A stretch of 63,475 bases of DNA, the filler included, from Choristocarpus tenellus KU-1152 (taxonomy: Eukaryota; Protista; Phaeophyceae): assembly GCA_964200185.2 (NCBI GenBank). It is 12 parts of 12 records of this genome, joined end to end, with 100 filler letters (N's around TTAATTAATTAA, not from the genome) between each part and the next. Parts side by side here need not be neighbours in the genome. Positions count along the whole stretch, not along the records: positions 34,628 to 39,700 come from CAXNAD020011969.1; positions 39,801 to 48,516 come from CAXNAD020004414.1; positions 48,617 to 56,281 come from CAXNAD020005786.1; 9 more parts are not named here. One strand, written 5' to 3'. The notes below the pieces were generated by a model that saw only the letters and a program-made list of their open reading frames with translations, searched no databases and was not told where the DNA came from. How positions within the stretch are numbered: position 1 is the first letter of the stretch; each line of letters starts with the position of its first letter. A program made the translations under genes and the position numbers. This document shows positions 36,457 through 49,733 of the stretch, piece after piece.

Positions 36457-36879
36457 GTAAGTGTAGGAGAAACTTTAAAGGGTGAAGGTTTACATCAAAG
36501 TGTGTTGAAGGGCAAACAAACAGGAACAACACACACAAACGCGATATACGGCCGAGGGAGAAGATCAAAACCAGTCTGTGCTAGATATAGTAGCTTTCTT
36601 TACTAAATGAAAGGTCGACTTAAGTTGGAGAGATCCCTTCGTCACCTTCAACTGATATGGTACGAGAAGGGTTACAGATCTGTTCAACTACGTGTCCACA
36701 TTCTCTCCCACACACTTTCAACAAAAAAATGGCTTTAGTCCTAACCCTACGTAGAACCCTAACTCTATCAAAAAGGAGAATGACAGAATGACGTGATACG
36801 TCTCTGTTAGGAGAGCAGTAGTATCACCGGGACTCACATCCCTCATTGAAAAGTTTACACCTTCAGACTAATCCCCATC

Positions 36880-38089
36880 ATGAAGGTAACTTCGATCGGA
36901 TGTGCGCTGGTGGCTTGTGCGGCGGCCGTGGATGCATTTGTGGGTGAGAGAGTCGGACTGTTCAGCCGATCTCTACCTTCGCTTGATCCAACTGTCCATT
37001 CAATCGCAGAGCGCTGTTGCCCTCTATGAGAACCTCAGTCCTAGTCAAACGCAGAGATATGGACTTTTGTATTTATAAGACGTTCATTTTTGGGTGTTGG
37101 CCTTTTCTGATTTTCATCTCCACTCAAGAAGTAACATGAACCAACTCATGAAATGAGGACGTAGTGTCGACTGGTTGCTTCATGGCGCCCTTGGTTTAAG
37201 AAATGGTGACGGTATGCTTTCTTGCTCACATATTCCTGTAAGTAGTGCGTGGAAGAAGACATTGGTCTGTATTTTGTAGTGTAGCCCTAGATGTTTGGCC
37301 GTTAGAGACGAGAAGACATGACGACTTCTGTTTTTGTTTGACAAGTTCGTCATGATCACTCATCCATTATCGTAGCCACCTTGTTACAGCTTCTTATCGC
37401 CTGGAAAAATACTTTTGTGGGAATCTCATAACCACTGCATTGGGTGTTTTGTATTGCTAGTCCTTGCGCCAAGTTAGATGCCCTTATGAATCGACACATA
37501 CATCGTTATTCATGCCAGTTCATGCACTGCCTCACGCGTTCCCTGTCCATGCTTCACCTGCAAATGTGTTTCCAACGTAGCTCCTCTAGCACGATCGGCG
37601 TCGTTGCGCCATGCCGGTGGTATGCGCATGGCCGCTAGTGACGTGACCGTCCCGGATCTCATCGTTCAGGCAGAAGAGCTCAAGCTCTTGTCTCAGGTCG
37701 GTTGATATTTTCATTCTGCGTTCCTTTCCCAAGCCACATTTGCCAAATCTCGAGATCCTGCTTTTGATTCATGTGAATGTGCCTACACGTTAATCCAAGT
37801 TTGGATTAAGGTATGCTGTCGAGTAGAAGTGGGTGGGTTGGACTTTATGGTGTAGGTTATCAATGAAGGAGCAATAAACATGCGCAGCACAAAAGAAATC
37901 AATCGTGAAGCAATCTACGTGTGACAAACTCCATTTCATTTTGGTGTATCGCTCACCTTGACTGTTACGCCTTCTATCTAAACCCTACTCCTCAATCGGT
38001 ATCTCGGCAGGCATCAAAACTTGGCTTGCTGGGAAAGCTGGAAGCGGCCGGCCTGACTCTCAAGGATGTCGAAAAACTCCTTCCTCTTG
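36880..38089 (+). CDS. Plastid-targeted DUF1118-like protein, 5' part (exons 36880-36943, 37581-37696, 38011-38089)
   Basis: MKVTSIGCALVACAAAVDAFV|APLARSASLRH.. (signal peptide, AF motif, transit peptide), then AEELKLLSQ|ASKLGLLGKLEAAGLTLKDVEKLLPL. Confidence 0.75.
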
Positions 38090-39920
38090 GTGAGTTGTGT
38101 AAAGAGGGCAATGTTGGAAAGGAGGTGCAATGTGTGACACCTTTCCGATAAAAAAATTACACGTTCTACTGGCATCTCAAAGTGGACTGAACTGTTTACC
38201 TGTCACAAGTAGGATCTAGAGGTTTATTTCTCTTGCTTCCATGTTTGGTTATGTGACGACATGATGGTGCCACAATATGGTAGTGCCACAACGTGATGGT
38301 GAAATTGTAATGAAACTTCTCTAGCCGATCCTAAATGAAAGTCAGTCGTTGTGGGTCTGCTGGGTAATCATAGCTGTTAAAAGTACAGAAGGGATGAAAA
38401 AATTTCAGGTTGCACTTGTAGTCTCAATGGTGTGGTTCTTGATTAGAGAGACACTGCATTGTCACATGTTCAATATGAAGTTGAATGACGGTGGGGGAAT
38501 ACTATAGACATGTTAAAAAGGCTATTATGTGTTTTATCAGTGCATGTATTTTTTAAGGTTCCATTGTCTGTTTCACAATCTGTTACGCTTTCTATTGCAT
38601 GATGAAAGCAGAGAGCGGTGCAAGCTTTCTTGCTCTGGTGTTAAACTTGATTAAATCAACTTTTGGCTTTGTGTTTGGTTGATGGCGGGTGAAAAAGTTG
38701 TGGAACAAATTCGATTCGTTCTATGCAATGTGTTATGGTCGCTGCCCCCCCTTCCCTCCCCCCTTGCTAAGATTGCTTGGAGATTTTACTCGACAATATT
38801 GTAACTGCCGTACCCTAATTGCTGTCGTGTACTTCTCAGTGACTCTGTAGAGGTCAATAATGAGAAGGTTTGTGACCTACCTGGTGTAAGAGGTGATCCT
38901 ATGTGGACTCTCTTTGTTAGCTTAATTGCTGTAAGGGGTTGCGTTTCTTTTTTCCTTTTTTCAGACCAAATGTTCTGTGCTGAGTGGTTGGTAGAGGTGG
39001 TGTGATGTTTTTCCCTGTGTTCGCTGTTGGCGTTCTTCTTGGAAATGGAAAAAGATCAGGGTCTCAAGTGTAACTTTCTTGCTGGAAACTTTACAATTGG
39101 GATCTTCAAATTCCTTATTGGTCAGAATTGGCACATGTGCCTCTTAGTCTCGTTACTTCAGGAGGTGATAGAGTTGCTGCAAGCAGAGTGTTTTGTGTAA
39201 TGATTAGTAGGTGAATACTACTAATTAACTAACTAATGCCTAAGTGGCGAGTTTGAAAAATTCAGAATTTGTTGCCTTCTCCAGGAAATGTTTTAGCGGG
39301 TCGCTTCTGTGCGTCCATCGCACTGGACTCTACAATCACCCTTTTGCAGCATGATACGCGTGAAAGTCTGACATTGTCAAAATATTTCAATAGGTTACCA
39401 GCAGGACTTCTTTTTTAGGTGCCCAACAAAAGCTGCTTCTATTAGTCTCCAGACCTGTATGCTGTATGCCTTCCCTGCCCCCAAGAACATGAACTACATT
39501 TTTTTGTTTTCCCCCTCAATTTACTCCCCTTTCTACCTGTTCGTTGGACAGCCTTCTGGTATTGAGTTGTCCTGCTCACGACTCCGTCACATGTTGGCCT
39601 CAATGTCCCCCCCCCCCCCCCCCCCCCCCCCCCCTTTTCTTTTTTTTTTCTGTCGCCCGCTTCCCGGACGGGGGTTTTTTGTTTTTTTCTCTTCTTTTGC
39701 NNNNNNNNNNNNNNNNNNNNNNNNNNNNNNNNNNNNNNNNNNNNTTAATTAATTAANNNNNNNNNNNNNNNNNNNNNNNNNNNNNNNNNNNNNNNNNNNN
39801 CCCCTCCCCTGCTATGGCCGCCCACCATCGCAACACACCTCTGAAATCTCGCCTCATATTTGTCCCTGTGCCTGTTCCCCTCCTGGACCGTACCCTGCTC
39901 CTGCCCTTGCCTCTTGCTAG

Positions 39921-42245
39921 GGTAAGACTGAGACTGATCAACTCAGCAAGATTTTCTGGCTGCTGGGCTCTCCTACTGAAGAGCGTTGGCCGGGGTGGAG
40001 TAAGCTGCCCAATGCAAAAAAGGTGGAGTGGAGGAGGGGGCCGCAGAATACCCTCAGAGAGGTGTTCCCTTCGACGGGCTTCAGGTGCGATACGTTTTGT
40101 GCATGTTTGTTGTTTAGGGGGGGGGTTAACACGGCTGTAGCATCGATTCACTTTTGTCCACCTGAGGGTCAGACGTTTGTGTTTTGACGTATGTTTCGGG
40201 GGGGGTTGTTGCCTCCTACAGGATCGCAAAGTGCCTAGGTATCATTGCATTCATTTGGTTGATCTGTGGAATGGAGGATGACTGTGTCAAGTATTCATGG
40301 ACGTTTTGATGTCCGTTACAGGGTGCCTGGTGATGAGCTGCAATAGTTTTGAGCGGTCTATTATGTTGGCAGTCGTCCAGACAGGAGGGAGTAGAGGGTT
40401 GGAACTGTTGGAACAGGTTTGTTATTTGCTCATCAGGGGGTGTCCCTTTATCTCTGGGGGAGCCTGTTATGTGTGATGGCTTTGCCCAGGCCTTTCAACC
40501 AAGAATAGTACGGGTTTTTTTTTCACTGTTGGAACCGTACATATCATTGCGCTCACACTGTGTAGATGCTAGTCGGCCCGTGGTATTTGTTGGAGAAAGT
40601 GATACAGATTCAACCAAGAATGAAGAGAAAGTTCTTGTATTTCCAAGAAAGTTATCTCATTCCAAGTGTTTGGATGGAAAGACATCAAGGCCTTCGTTTG
40701 GGCATGCACGGATAGGGAGGTTTGGCTGTGTATGCCAGACATTTCAACTTGGGGTTTATGATTTGGTTCTTTCGTTGTGTTTTCTCACCTTCTTTGCTTA
40801 CTCTCCTCTCTTAAGAACAGCTGTTGTGGGTATAGCAGTCTTGGTGGGATGCTGCACTGGCTTTATTGAAGAGCGGCTTATTTTCATGATGTGCTTTCTT
40901 GGTCTCAAGAGACATGGGAAAATATATATACTATGTGTTACCTCCCAAACACAGTTGTTTCATGCTCGTAGTGTGCCCACTGTTTGGTTACTTGGAGTTA
41001 AAGTTGGGCTGGGGTTAGGTCAGTGGAATTTGGTTGCTCTGTCACTCAATGGTGGGTTTATTGATCGCCCTGCCAGTTGATTGGTAGGTTGATTGCAGGA
41101 ATGTTTGCAAGGCATCAGGGTGAGGCAGGGGACCAATTCTCTGTATTGTTTGAAAATTGCGGCACTTTGTGTATGTGAGGGGATCAGCTGATGTGTGTGG
41201 TGGTTTATGATGCTTTGTCGCTAACAGTGTCTTCCTAGTAGTATATGGTGCACTGAAGCACCACTGAGCTATTTACAACCTAGGTCTGTCATTCACCTGA
41301 CTTGATTGAGTGGAATAATCTTAGATTACAGCTCAGTCACTTGTTTACTTGGACTGTGGCTAATTTGCTTGGTGACTCAATCACTGTGCAGTCACTACCT
41401 TACTCAATAAGTTGATTAATTCTTGATCATGTTGGGCCAGCTGGGATATTCTTTTGGTAGCCAGTAGACTGGGTATGATAGGGTAGAGCAGGATATCATG
41501 TTGTGGTGTGATCACTCACTCAATGGGGTTGTGATCCAACCAGTTCACATGATGTTGAGAGGCTAGTAATGAGCACCCCCCCTTACAGCTTAGTTTATTG
41601 TCTTTTTTACGTTTCTGACACCAAGAATGTCTGGAGGGAAGGTCCCTTTGTGTAAAAATTTGAGTGATGTGATTCCTGTTGTGTTAAGGTTATGGTGCAG
41701 GGTTTGAGTTTGAGTTGGTTTGATAATTTATTATGAATACTGCTCCTTGTCCTGGTTCCAATCTCTTTTGTGTCTTTTTTTTTTAGGCAGATGTTTTAGG
41801 TTGTAAAATTTGAGAATGAATAATAGTTCACGTTGTAGCAATGGGATGGCGTATATGTGGCAATGATCTGATATCATGTATGTGTACCGCAACGTCCCCC
41901 GCACCTTAAATGTTGTTCTTGTTACTTCTTTCATCTTGACGTGAGTCTGTTATTTGAACACTTGTACTTGATCTAACAACCCTTTTCCCCATGCCTTCAC
42001 CCCTTGCCCCTCAACACTACAGCGGTCAGGCAACCTTGAGTGAGCAGGGTCTATCGCTTCTGGATAGTCTCCTGGCCCTTGATCCAGCATCTCGTCTTTC
42101 AGCAGAGGAAGCTCTGGAACACCCCTGGTTCAAGGAGAAGCCAGAGGCTGCTCCTATGAACTCCATGCCAACTGTGCCGTCCAAGCTAGACAATCACATC
42201 AACAGGGCCTTGGAGGAGTGGGATAGGGCGAGGGACAGGAGGTAG
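39921..42245 (+). CDS. Cyclin-dependent kinase, CDK10/11-like, last two exons (39921-40084, 42023-42245)
   Basis: GKTETDQLSKIFWLLGSPTEERWPGWSKLP...LSEQGLSLLDSLLALDPASRLSAEEALEHPWFKEKP..MPTVPS. Confidence 0.85.
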
Positions 42246-43295
42246 CATAGAGGACGTTGATTTTTTTGTGGGTCGTCAGCTGGCCTTGTCCGAGTGGAAA
42301 CTGGGGGCATGGTACGCTTTTTAGAATTGCTGGGTTTGATAAGGCTTGTTTGATGACTTCACCGCGTACTGATACCCTTTCTTGCCTTAGCTAGTGGATG
42401 TCCTTCGGAATCCATGTTAGGATGGCAGCAAGGGTTCGGAAATGTCTGCTGAAGTTGGCAACTATATTTCCGCAAATGTATCTTGATAATAACATTTCAA
42501 ATCGTTTCAGAGTATGGTGCTGGTTGTGTGAGGAGTTCGTGCAGCCTGCTGAATGAATGTAAATAGATCAAGTCCCCTTGTCTCGCCTCATCTATTATTA
42601 ATATTATCGTTTGCTTACTTCAATTGACTCCCTAGGCAAGCCATCCCAATGTGCTCTTCTCCATGCAAACTCGTCATGGAGAAAAACGCTTGAGCAATTT
42701 TCTTGGTGTGCGCCACTTTTCCCGCTACCATTACTCAAGCGGGACTGACCCACTGAACATGGTCAAGTGAGGATGGATGGACTTGGAGACAAGGTGGTTC
42801 TGGAGGTAATGTTGAAGTGCGTCTAAAATCAACTCCTCGAAAGCTGTAGGTATGGATTTGGATTGATGGATGGACAGATCATCAGTCTCCTCAACTCACC
42901 CCCTCATCACTCAGCATCGCCATGGTCTAAGTCATCATTGGGGAACCCAACTACTCGACCGTCTTGTTTCGTCAGCACTGTCTCTCCACGTGTTAAGAAT
43001 ATACTTCACGAAACTGTCATCAGATGAAGGGGTATGTTTACTATTCAATTCATTGTTGGATTGAAACTCGATGTTTATTTTTGATTTTATCTTCTTTTTT
43101 TTCACATTGTTTTTCTTTGACTACTAGTTCTTTCAACAATAACTTGGCAGTTTTCAAAACTCACACTTCATTGTGTGGTTGCTGCAAAAGCATGGTCTTC
43201 AAGTTGATTTGTCTCTAGTACATAGAGGAGAGCTTTGACGTCCCCTGCACTCTACTATCACTACAGCATCTTATCCCTATAGCAGGGAAAAAAGC

Positions 43296-46200
43296 ATGGT
43301 GTACTTCGTTTGCGAAACATGCAATGAGGTGAGCGCGATTTCTCTACTATGGCGTGGGCATTTGAGAGCAATCTTGCTCTCCCTTGGACATCCATGGCGG
43401 ACGTGCTTGTTCTCTCAAGCTTGGACATGAAAGACACCTTTACTCGTACTGCATCCATGTTCAATGTACGTCTGCAGACCCTGAAGAAGGCGAAAGTTGA
43501 GAGACACTTTGGCTCTTGCAAAGGATGCTGGGGCATGACCTGCATAGACTGCAACGTTGTCTTCGAGGGCCAGGATTACAGAGAAGTGGGTCGTTTGAAC
43601 GGTAACAGAATCGCCCTCGAATGCCAAGCCTCACAAGATTGATAAGTGCGTCGTACGGGCTCGCATGGGCAAAATTTTGCATTGGCCTGAGCACGTAGTC
43701 CCATTCGCTCTATCTAATTAATCATCGTCCTCCACCCAAGATTCCTACCCCCAATTGCAAGATACTTTTGTATTTGCAAATGTTGTATTTCGCTTAATTT
43801 AGCTTGATTGAATCAATCGGCACGAGGATGTCATGTGTAAGCCATTGCAGCGCTCTAATTTTCTCTTCTGGGATATTCCTATGTGAATCGACTGCAACAT
43901 GCTCTCATCCTCCGCAGCATTCATCTTGCCTTACGGAGGACCAGAAGTATCAGGGAGCACTCTACAAGGCTCCCAAGGTGCGGATGTGCTTGATTGAGCT
44001 GTCTATATACTGCGTATGACCACACGACTAAAAAATAGTTTGCCTAGGATGCTCCAGGTCCCATAGCAAACTTGTCCTCGGACATTTGCCACACCTTTTA
44101 CAGACACCGAGGTTATAGGGCAACCAATTCCATGGAACAGTTGTTTTCTGGTGGCTTAAACCGATTGAACGGGTAGGAAAGTAAGAGTTTGATTACTCCT
44201 GAAAGTGAAGCCGATTAGATTAGTCCATGTCCAACATTGTCCTCCTTCTGATCTCGTCGCCGTGTCCCATTCCCTCTCCTCGGGGTGTGCGATTTGCAAA
44301 CTCGCTGGCATATGCAGGCCAAGGTCAAGAAGCGGGGTATCAACGAGATCTGGGCAGAAGCAGTAGAACAGGCAGCAAGCTCAGCAAAACAGTCCCCACC
44401 AGCTATCAGTGGTCACCTCCTGAGAATGGGAGAACTGGGAAATGTTCCTCGCCAGGAGAAAAAATTCAAGGTAGTGTGTTGCAACCACTCTGTTGTTTTT
44501 GTCTGTGGGCATGTCCCGCTTGTTTTGGGTCGTAGAGTGACGGTCACTAGCAGTTTTTGCCTTGTGCTTACTGAAGTGGGTGACATAATGCTCAGCAGGT
44601 ATGTCCCGTTTTAGGTGAATAGTTGCTCAGATGAAACTACTTTGAGTATCTATTGGTGTGAAGAGTGGAGAGGGAGGAAACAGTGGTACAATGTGGGGTG
44701 GTGCAGTGCCTTGCATGGATGCCAAACAAGCAACAGTGCTTTTAATCAAAAACATCTCACAGTAGGTGACTTAAGTCTTAAGTTTTGCTTCCATCGTCCG
44801 GTAAGGCACACAACAATGGTGTGTTTGTGTCTTTTGGTTCCTTCAGAGCATTTTGAAATGTGGTCCTAAAGGTTGTCTTGATATGTGTCCCACATAATTC
44901 CAACTGTAGTAAATAGTAGTAATGCTGTCTTAATATTTTTTGCTATTCATGAATGCTGATGCTCCAAAGTGCGTATCAACAAAAGGCATTAATTTGACAT
45001 AATGAATATATAAACAAGTTTGATTCTTCTCCTAGTGTTCCATAGGGGGCGTACTCAAGAAGAAGTGTTCGAAGATGTGGTGCAATGGTCTAGGGATTAC
45101 AACTCAATTAATGCTTTTGCCTGCCCTGGCTCATGGTCTTCGCCTCAGTAAAAAAAAAATTGCATCCTCCTTTGGGGGGATGGCGGGGGGGTAATGAATG
45201 GTGATACAGAACTTTGTTAGGAACAGTCTGAGGGTGTACAACGAGGGAGTTATATCTCAGCTCTGGTCACACCTGGATGACCTGAAGGAGGAGATGATGA
45301 AACAGGAGCTAGCCCAAAAGGAAAAAGAGGAAAGGGAGAAGGGGGACAAGGTGGTACAGCCTGAAGGTGTGTGTGATATACTATATGTTTGTGATTTAAT
45401 TTAATAATCGATTAATTAAGTGGCAGGATCTACGATTTGATATACCTCAAGGAGAGCTGATGCAAGTGGCACTCTTCTTGTAAGAGGTGATACAAATATG
45501 GTACTGGACTTTTTTCTTGATGTTTATAGGTTGAAGGTTTGTTAGGTGTGTAATAATGATGCTGGACATTTTTCTCCCCTCTTGTTTTCTTGATGTTTAG
45601 GGTCAAGGTTTTGTCAGGCAAGTAAATATACTGTCTTTTTTCTAATTACTTTTGTTGTTTGGGGGTTAAGTCTCTCAATTCTGTTGGCGCCATGTTGATC
45701 AAGGGGAAAATTATTTTGTACAGAGGAAGAAGAGAAGATTAGAGGGTCAATAAAGGCCAATGACATTAAGTGTTCTTTTGAAATGTGCTGAACTCTTTCG
45801 TGACATTTATTGGTGATGAAGTCGAGTGAAGTTGGAAGACATCCTCTCTGTGGAGTGTCTGACAAAAAAAAAAGGCTGGAAGGGTTAGGGCTCCTTGCGT
45901 GTTGTATGACCTCCCTTGATTCTTTTTCGAGGGGTAACTGTAGTTGTGCTGTGATCAGCTGAAAATATGAAAAAAAATTGATCCGGACCAAGTTTATACA
46001 TGTGTATGTATGTGTAATGTATATATATATATTTACTATGAGAATATCCTCAGTTTTTTTTTTGAAAAGTGTGTGCAATAATGTAAAGTGTACCCTTTCG
46101 TATTCAAATCCTTGGAAGGCGATGATGTGCGTATCGACATCATGGTCAAGATGTCTGTTGCTGAGTGAAAGTATCTTAGAGGGTGGTAGAGCTGCGTCCG

Positions 46201-47245
46201 TTTGGGGTCAAAATCCAATGTTGCGATTTTGATGTAATTTGGATATTGTGTTTGTTAGGAAATGTGTCAATACCCTTGTTCTGGAGACCCCTTTTCATAG
46301 TTTTGTACATGATACCTACTCCAAAATGTATACATTTTAACTACTACAATTTTGGATATTGTGTTTGTTAGGAAATGTGTCAATAATATCCTTGTTCCGG
46401 AGACTCCTTTTCATAGTTTTATACATGATACCTACTAGAAAATGTATACATTTTAACTACTACAAAACATTTTGGAGTGTGAAAATGTAATTACAAACCT
46501 GTGGGAAGCCAAGCCCCAAATGGACAAACAGGGCAAAACTCGAACTAAGATAATTTCACCCTGCTCGGATATCTTTCGGGCTTGACCTTTACTGAGTGGA
46601 TAAGATGCATAGAGCTGGTGTGGAGTGTCATAGTGAATGGTATAGAGGGGGAGGGCATTGGCAGTAGGTGTGATACGCTGGAGGCTTTCTGCTCGTTCTG
46701 GATTTGTTACAATCATTCACTGTCTGCCTGTCATGGTGTGGTAAGAGAACAGTAATTTGTACATGTGGGGAGATGGTGTCTGGCTGATTGTGTGCCCTTT
46801 CCTCTGTCTTCTCCTGTTGGTGCAACTTGCTTCTTCTTTTTTTTATACCATACAAACATACGTACATACATGCACACACGCACACATAGATTCATTGCAA
46901 GCAGTCAAAGAGGTTGGTGATGTTGGTGTAAGTACGGACAGTGCTGAGGAAGAGAAGAAAAAAAGAAAAAAGTCCAAAAAAAGAAAAAAAGGCAAGCATG
47001 CAGAGGAGGAGGAGGAGGATAACTTGAGTACTCAGAAAGAACAGAACCAGGAAGAGGAAGGAGAACGCCCTGGACCTACTGCAGATTGTTCCGGTGGCGG
47101 CGCTGTTAACGGGAAGGGGGGGGATGGGAAGAGCAAGAAAGGGTCTAAGAAATGTAAAGTAGTGGAAGGGGAGGAGGAGAATGCAGTGGCAGCAGCGGGC
47201 GATACTGCAGCATTGGGGAAGCGCGCTTTGCAAATACTGAAGAAG
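43296..47245 (+). CDS. LYAR: LYAR-type C2HC zinc-finger nucleolar protein (exons start at ~43296, 43478, 43918, 44318, 45210, 46901; 3' end not resolved)
   Basis: MVYFVCETCNE|TLKKAKVERHFGSCKGCWGMTCIDCNVVFEGQDYRE|HSSCLTEDQKYQGALYK..NVPRQEKKFK|NFVRNSLRV; Lys/Glu-rich tail. Confidence 0.92.
46163..46561 (-). mobile_element. MITE family A in a LYAR intron, with an internal ~115-bp tandem duplication
   Basis: TSD TGCT; ttggatattgtgtttgttaggaaatgtgtcaata block occurs at ~46239 and ~46352. Confidence 0.88.
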
Positions 47246-49293
47246 GTGAGAAGGTTGGGTTGCACCTGGTTGATATCATGCACTGAGGGTTGAGAGGGTG
47301 AGCACACTCATTATGTTTGTCTTACGCGTGCGTAGCTGTAGGTGTGTTTTTTCTATGTCTTGCTCGTACTGGTAGAGGCGTGCCGACAATAAGGAAGGTA
47401 CATAGTAGTGCTGTAATTGGGTTTTAGTTTGTTTGAACTAGAAAACAGAAAGTGTTTTTGGTGTGGTTGACCAGTTGCCAAGAGTGTTGTGGGCACATTC
47501 AAGAACAGTTGTGTTTGTTTTAGTGCAGGTTTTGTCGCTGGGATTGTTGGGGGGGGTTTTTTGGGGGGGGGGTGGGTGGGATGTATCCTGAGTGTGCCTG
47601 TGCAGGAGATTTTTTGGTTGTTGTATAGCCTAGACTGTCCAGTCTGTCGGAATGGTTATTCCTATTGCAATATACAAATAATGATCCTTCATTTGCTTTA
47701 GTTTTTGTGTAGAAAATGGAAAGGTGGCAAAGAAACCCTTTTCTCTGTAACCTCGAGGGGGAAGTGAGGTACAGATATACCATGACATTAGAATGTATGG
47801 TACTAGTGAAACATGTCTTTTCTGGTGGTGGGTGGTCTTTGGGAGTACCACACGGAGGTAAGTTTGTATGTTGTCACATCCAGTAGTCTATGCAAGGATG
47901 GCAAATGTATTGATGGAGAAATATGTGGTGATAATGTTAAGTTTATGGTTACTTCTTGACGTAGGCTTTTCATTGTTGCGAGTTGTAGATGTGAGGAAGG
48001 ACTTTTAGTCTGAAGTCAGAAGATATACACACGAAACAATTGGTTCAGCCGATATCTACAGTTTGGTTCTGGACGCGATGACATTGACCCACTCCAATAT
48101 GAATTAAGCCGTTTTGTGTTTCGTTATGATTTCTGATGAGTCCTCCCTTTGCGTCCACAACTCTCAAGAATAGAAACTGCGTCAAGAGACAACCTGAGTG
48201 AGAGTGGTTTGTTCCATGTGCAATGAAAAAGTGAATCGAAGAGTGGGCCACTGTATCTCTACCAATCTCATGCACACTCTACAAATAGTCTCAGGATGTT
48301 GAAGACCTTTTGTTATTCTGGGGTCAATATTTGGCTAATGGGTAGTAGTAGCTGTTTTTGATCATTTTTTTTTATCATGGCAGTTACGTCTAAAAAGAAT
48401 AGCATTGCTGGTAGTGGCAGACAGTTACGCCCTTGTGCCGAAACTCGAGTTGGGATCCCTTTTTTTTTCTCATGAATCAACTCTACAGGGAGGGAGCGAG
48501 AGAGCTGGGCGGGGGGNNNNNNNNNNNNNNNNNNNNNNNNNNNNNNNNNNNNNNNNNNNNTTAATTAATTAANNNNNNNNNNNNNNNNNNNNNNNNNNNN
48601 NNNNNNNNNNNNNNNNGGCGGGCGCCCGGTGGGGGGGGGGGGCGGTGCATTACATCTATAATTTGTAGTGGGGGGTTTACATAAAAAAGGAAGCAATTGC
48701 ATCAAAACACGGTGATGGAAACCTGCCGTGAAAGGTTCATACTAAAAGGTTAGGTCAGGAGTGTAGGCCCAGATGTCAGATGGCTAATTTGAGACCTAAA
48801 GCAAGAAAAGACCCAACCAGGTGCTTGTTGGATGATACATCTGTGTGTGTCAGCGAGTTTTTTTTCTCCTGACAACTGCTAAATAATATCCCAAAAATGT
48901 GTGAAGATGGATGCTCTTGTGCAGTGGGGGGGCATGTGTTACTGTGGAAAAAAAAGTTCTTCCTCAAAGGTTTCCCTTCAAACTTCTCATCATCAGCATA
49001 CATACCACAAGGTAGATAGAATTGACAAAACATGAATGGGATGAGATATAAGTTGATTGCTTGCTATCTGGTGCTCAAATTCTTGACCTTGCACGAGATA
49101 CGCCATGCGTTGTGGTGTGGGTTGGACGAGATGAGGTTGGGCGAAAAACCTTGTCAGCATAGACGAGCAAGAAAAAAAGACTTCTCTGCACGATATAACA
49201 TGGCTGTCCTACAATAGTGTCTCTTGACTGGTAGTTATACGGGCCGTCTCCATCAAGACGGTGAGAAGGATCCGGGTCAGGGCGGTGTATCAC

Positions 49294-49733
49294 CTCGTTC
49301 GGCATTGTTTTCCAGTTCGAAGAACGCCAGATACCTCCTTGCTCAGGCTTCCCGCTATTACACTCCAACGTTTGTTACCGTGGTCGATTACCTACATAAA
49401 AAAGGGAAAATAGTACCATCAGGTCAATGGGAGGCGTTGATGTGAGTTAATCAATTCAGTAATGTTGCTCATGTTGGACTTCGGGTCCATGACGTAGTAG
49501 CTCGGGTTAGGCGGGTGCGGAAAGGGCCTTACCAGATCTAATCAAGATAGAAAACGCACCAAACGCGTAATAGCCTCATCCTCCTTCCTTGACCATGCCC
49601 TCCGTTCCGGCTTCATTCCGCCAAGGTGGGCATCCTCCATGGAATCAGTCTCATCATTGTCATCCTCTTGGTCTTCAATTTTAGCTCTCATATTTGCCTC
49701 AAGTTGAGAGTATACGCCATTGTTTCCTGCCAT
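49294..49733 (-). CDS. Myb-domain transcription factor, first two exons (49733-49560, 49391-49294)
   Basis: RRAWSRKEDEAITRL|VIDHGNKRWSVIAGSLSKEVSGVLRTGKQCRTR. Confidence 0.88.

Noticed and set aside
40349-41080. 243-aa plus-strand ORF
   Set aside because: Inside the CDK intron, non-ATG start, no recognisable motif
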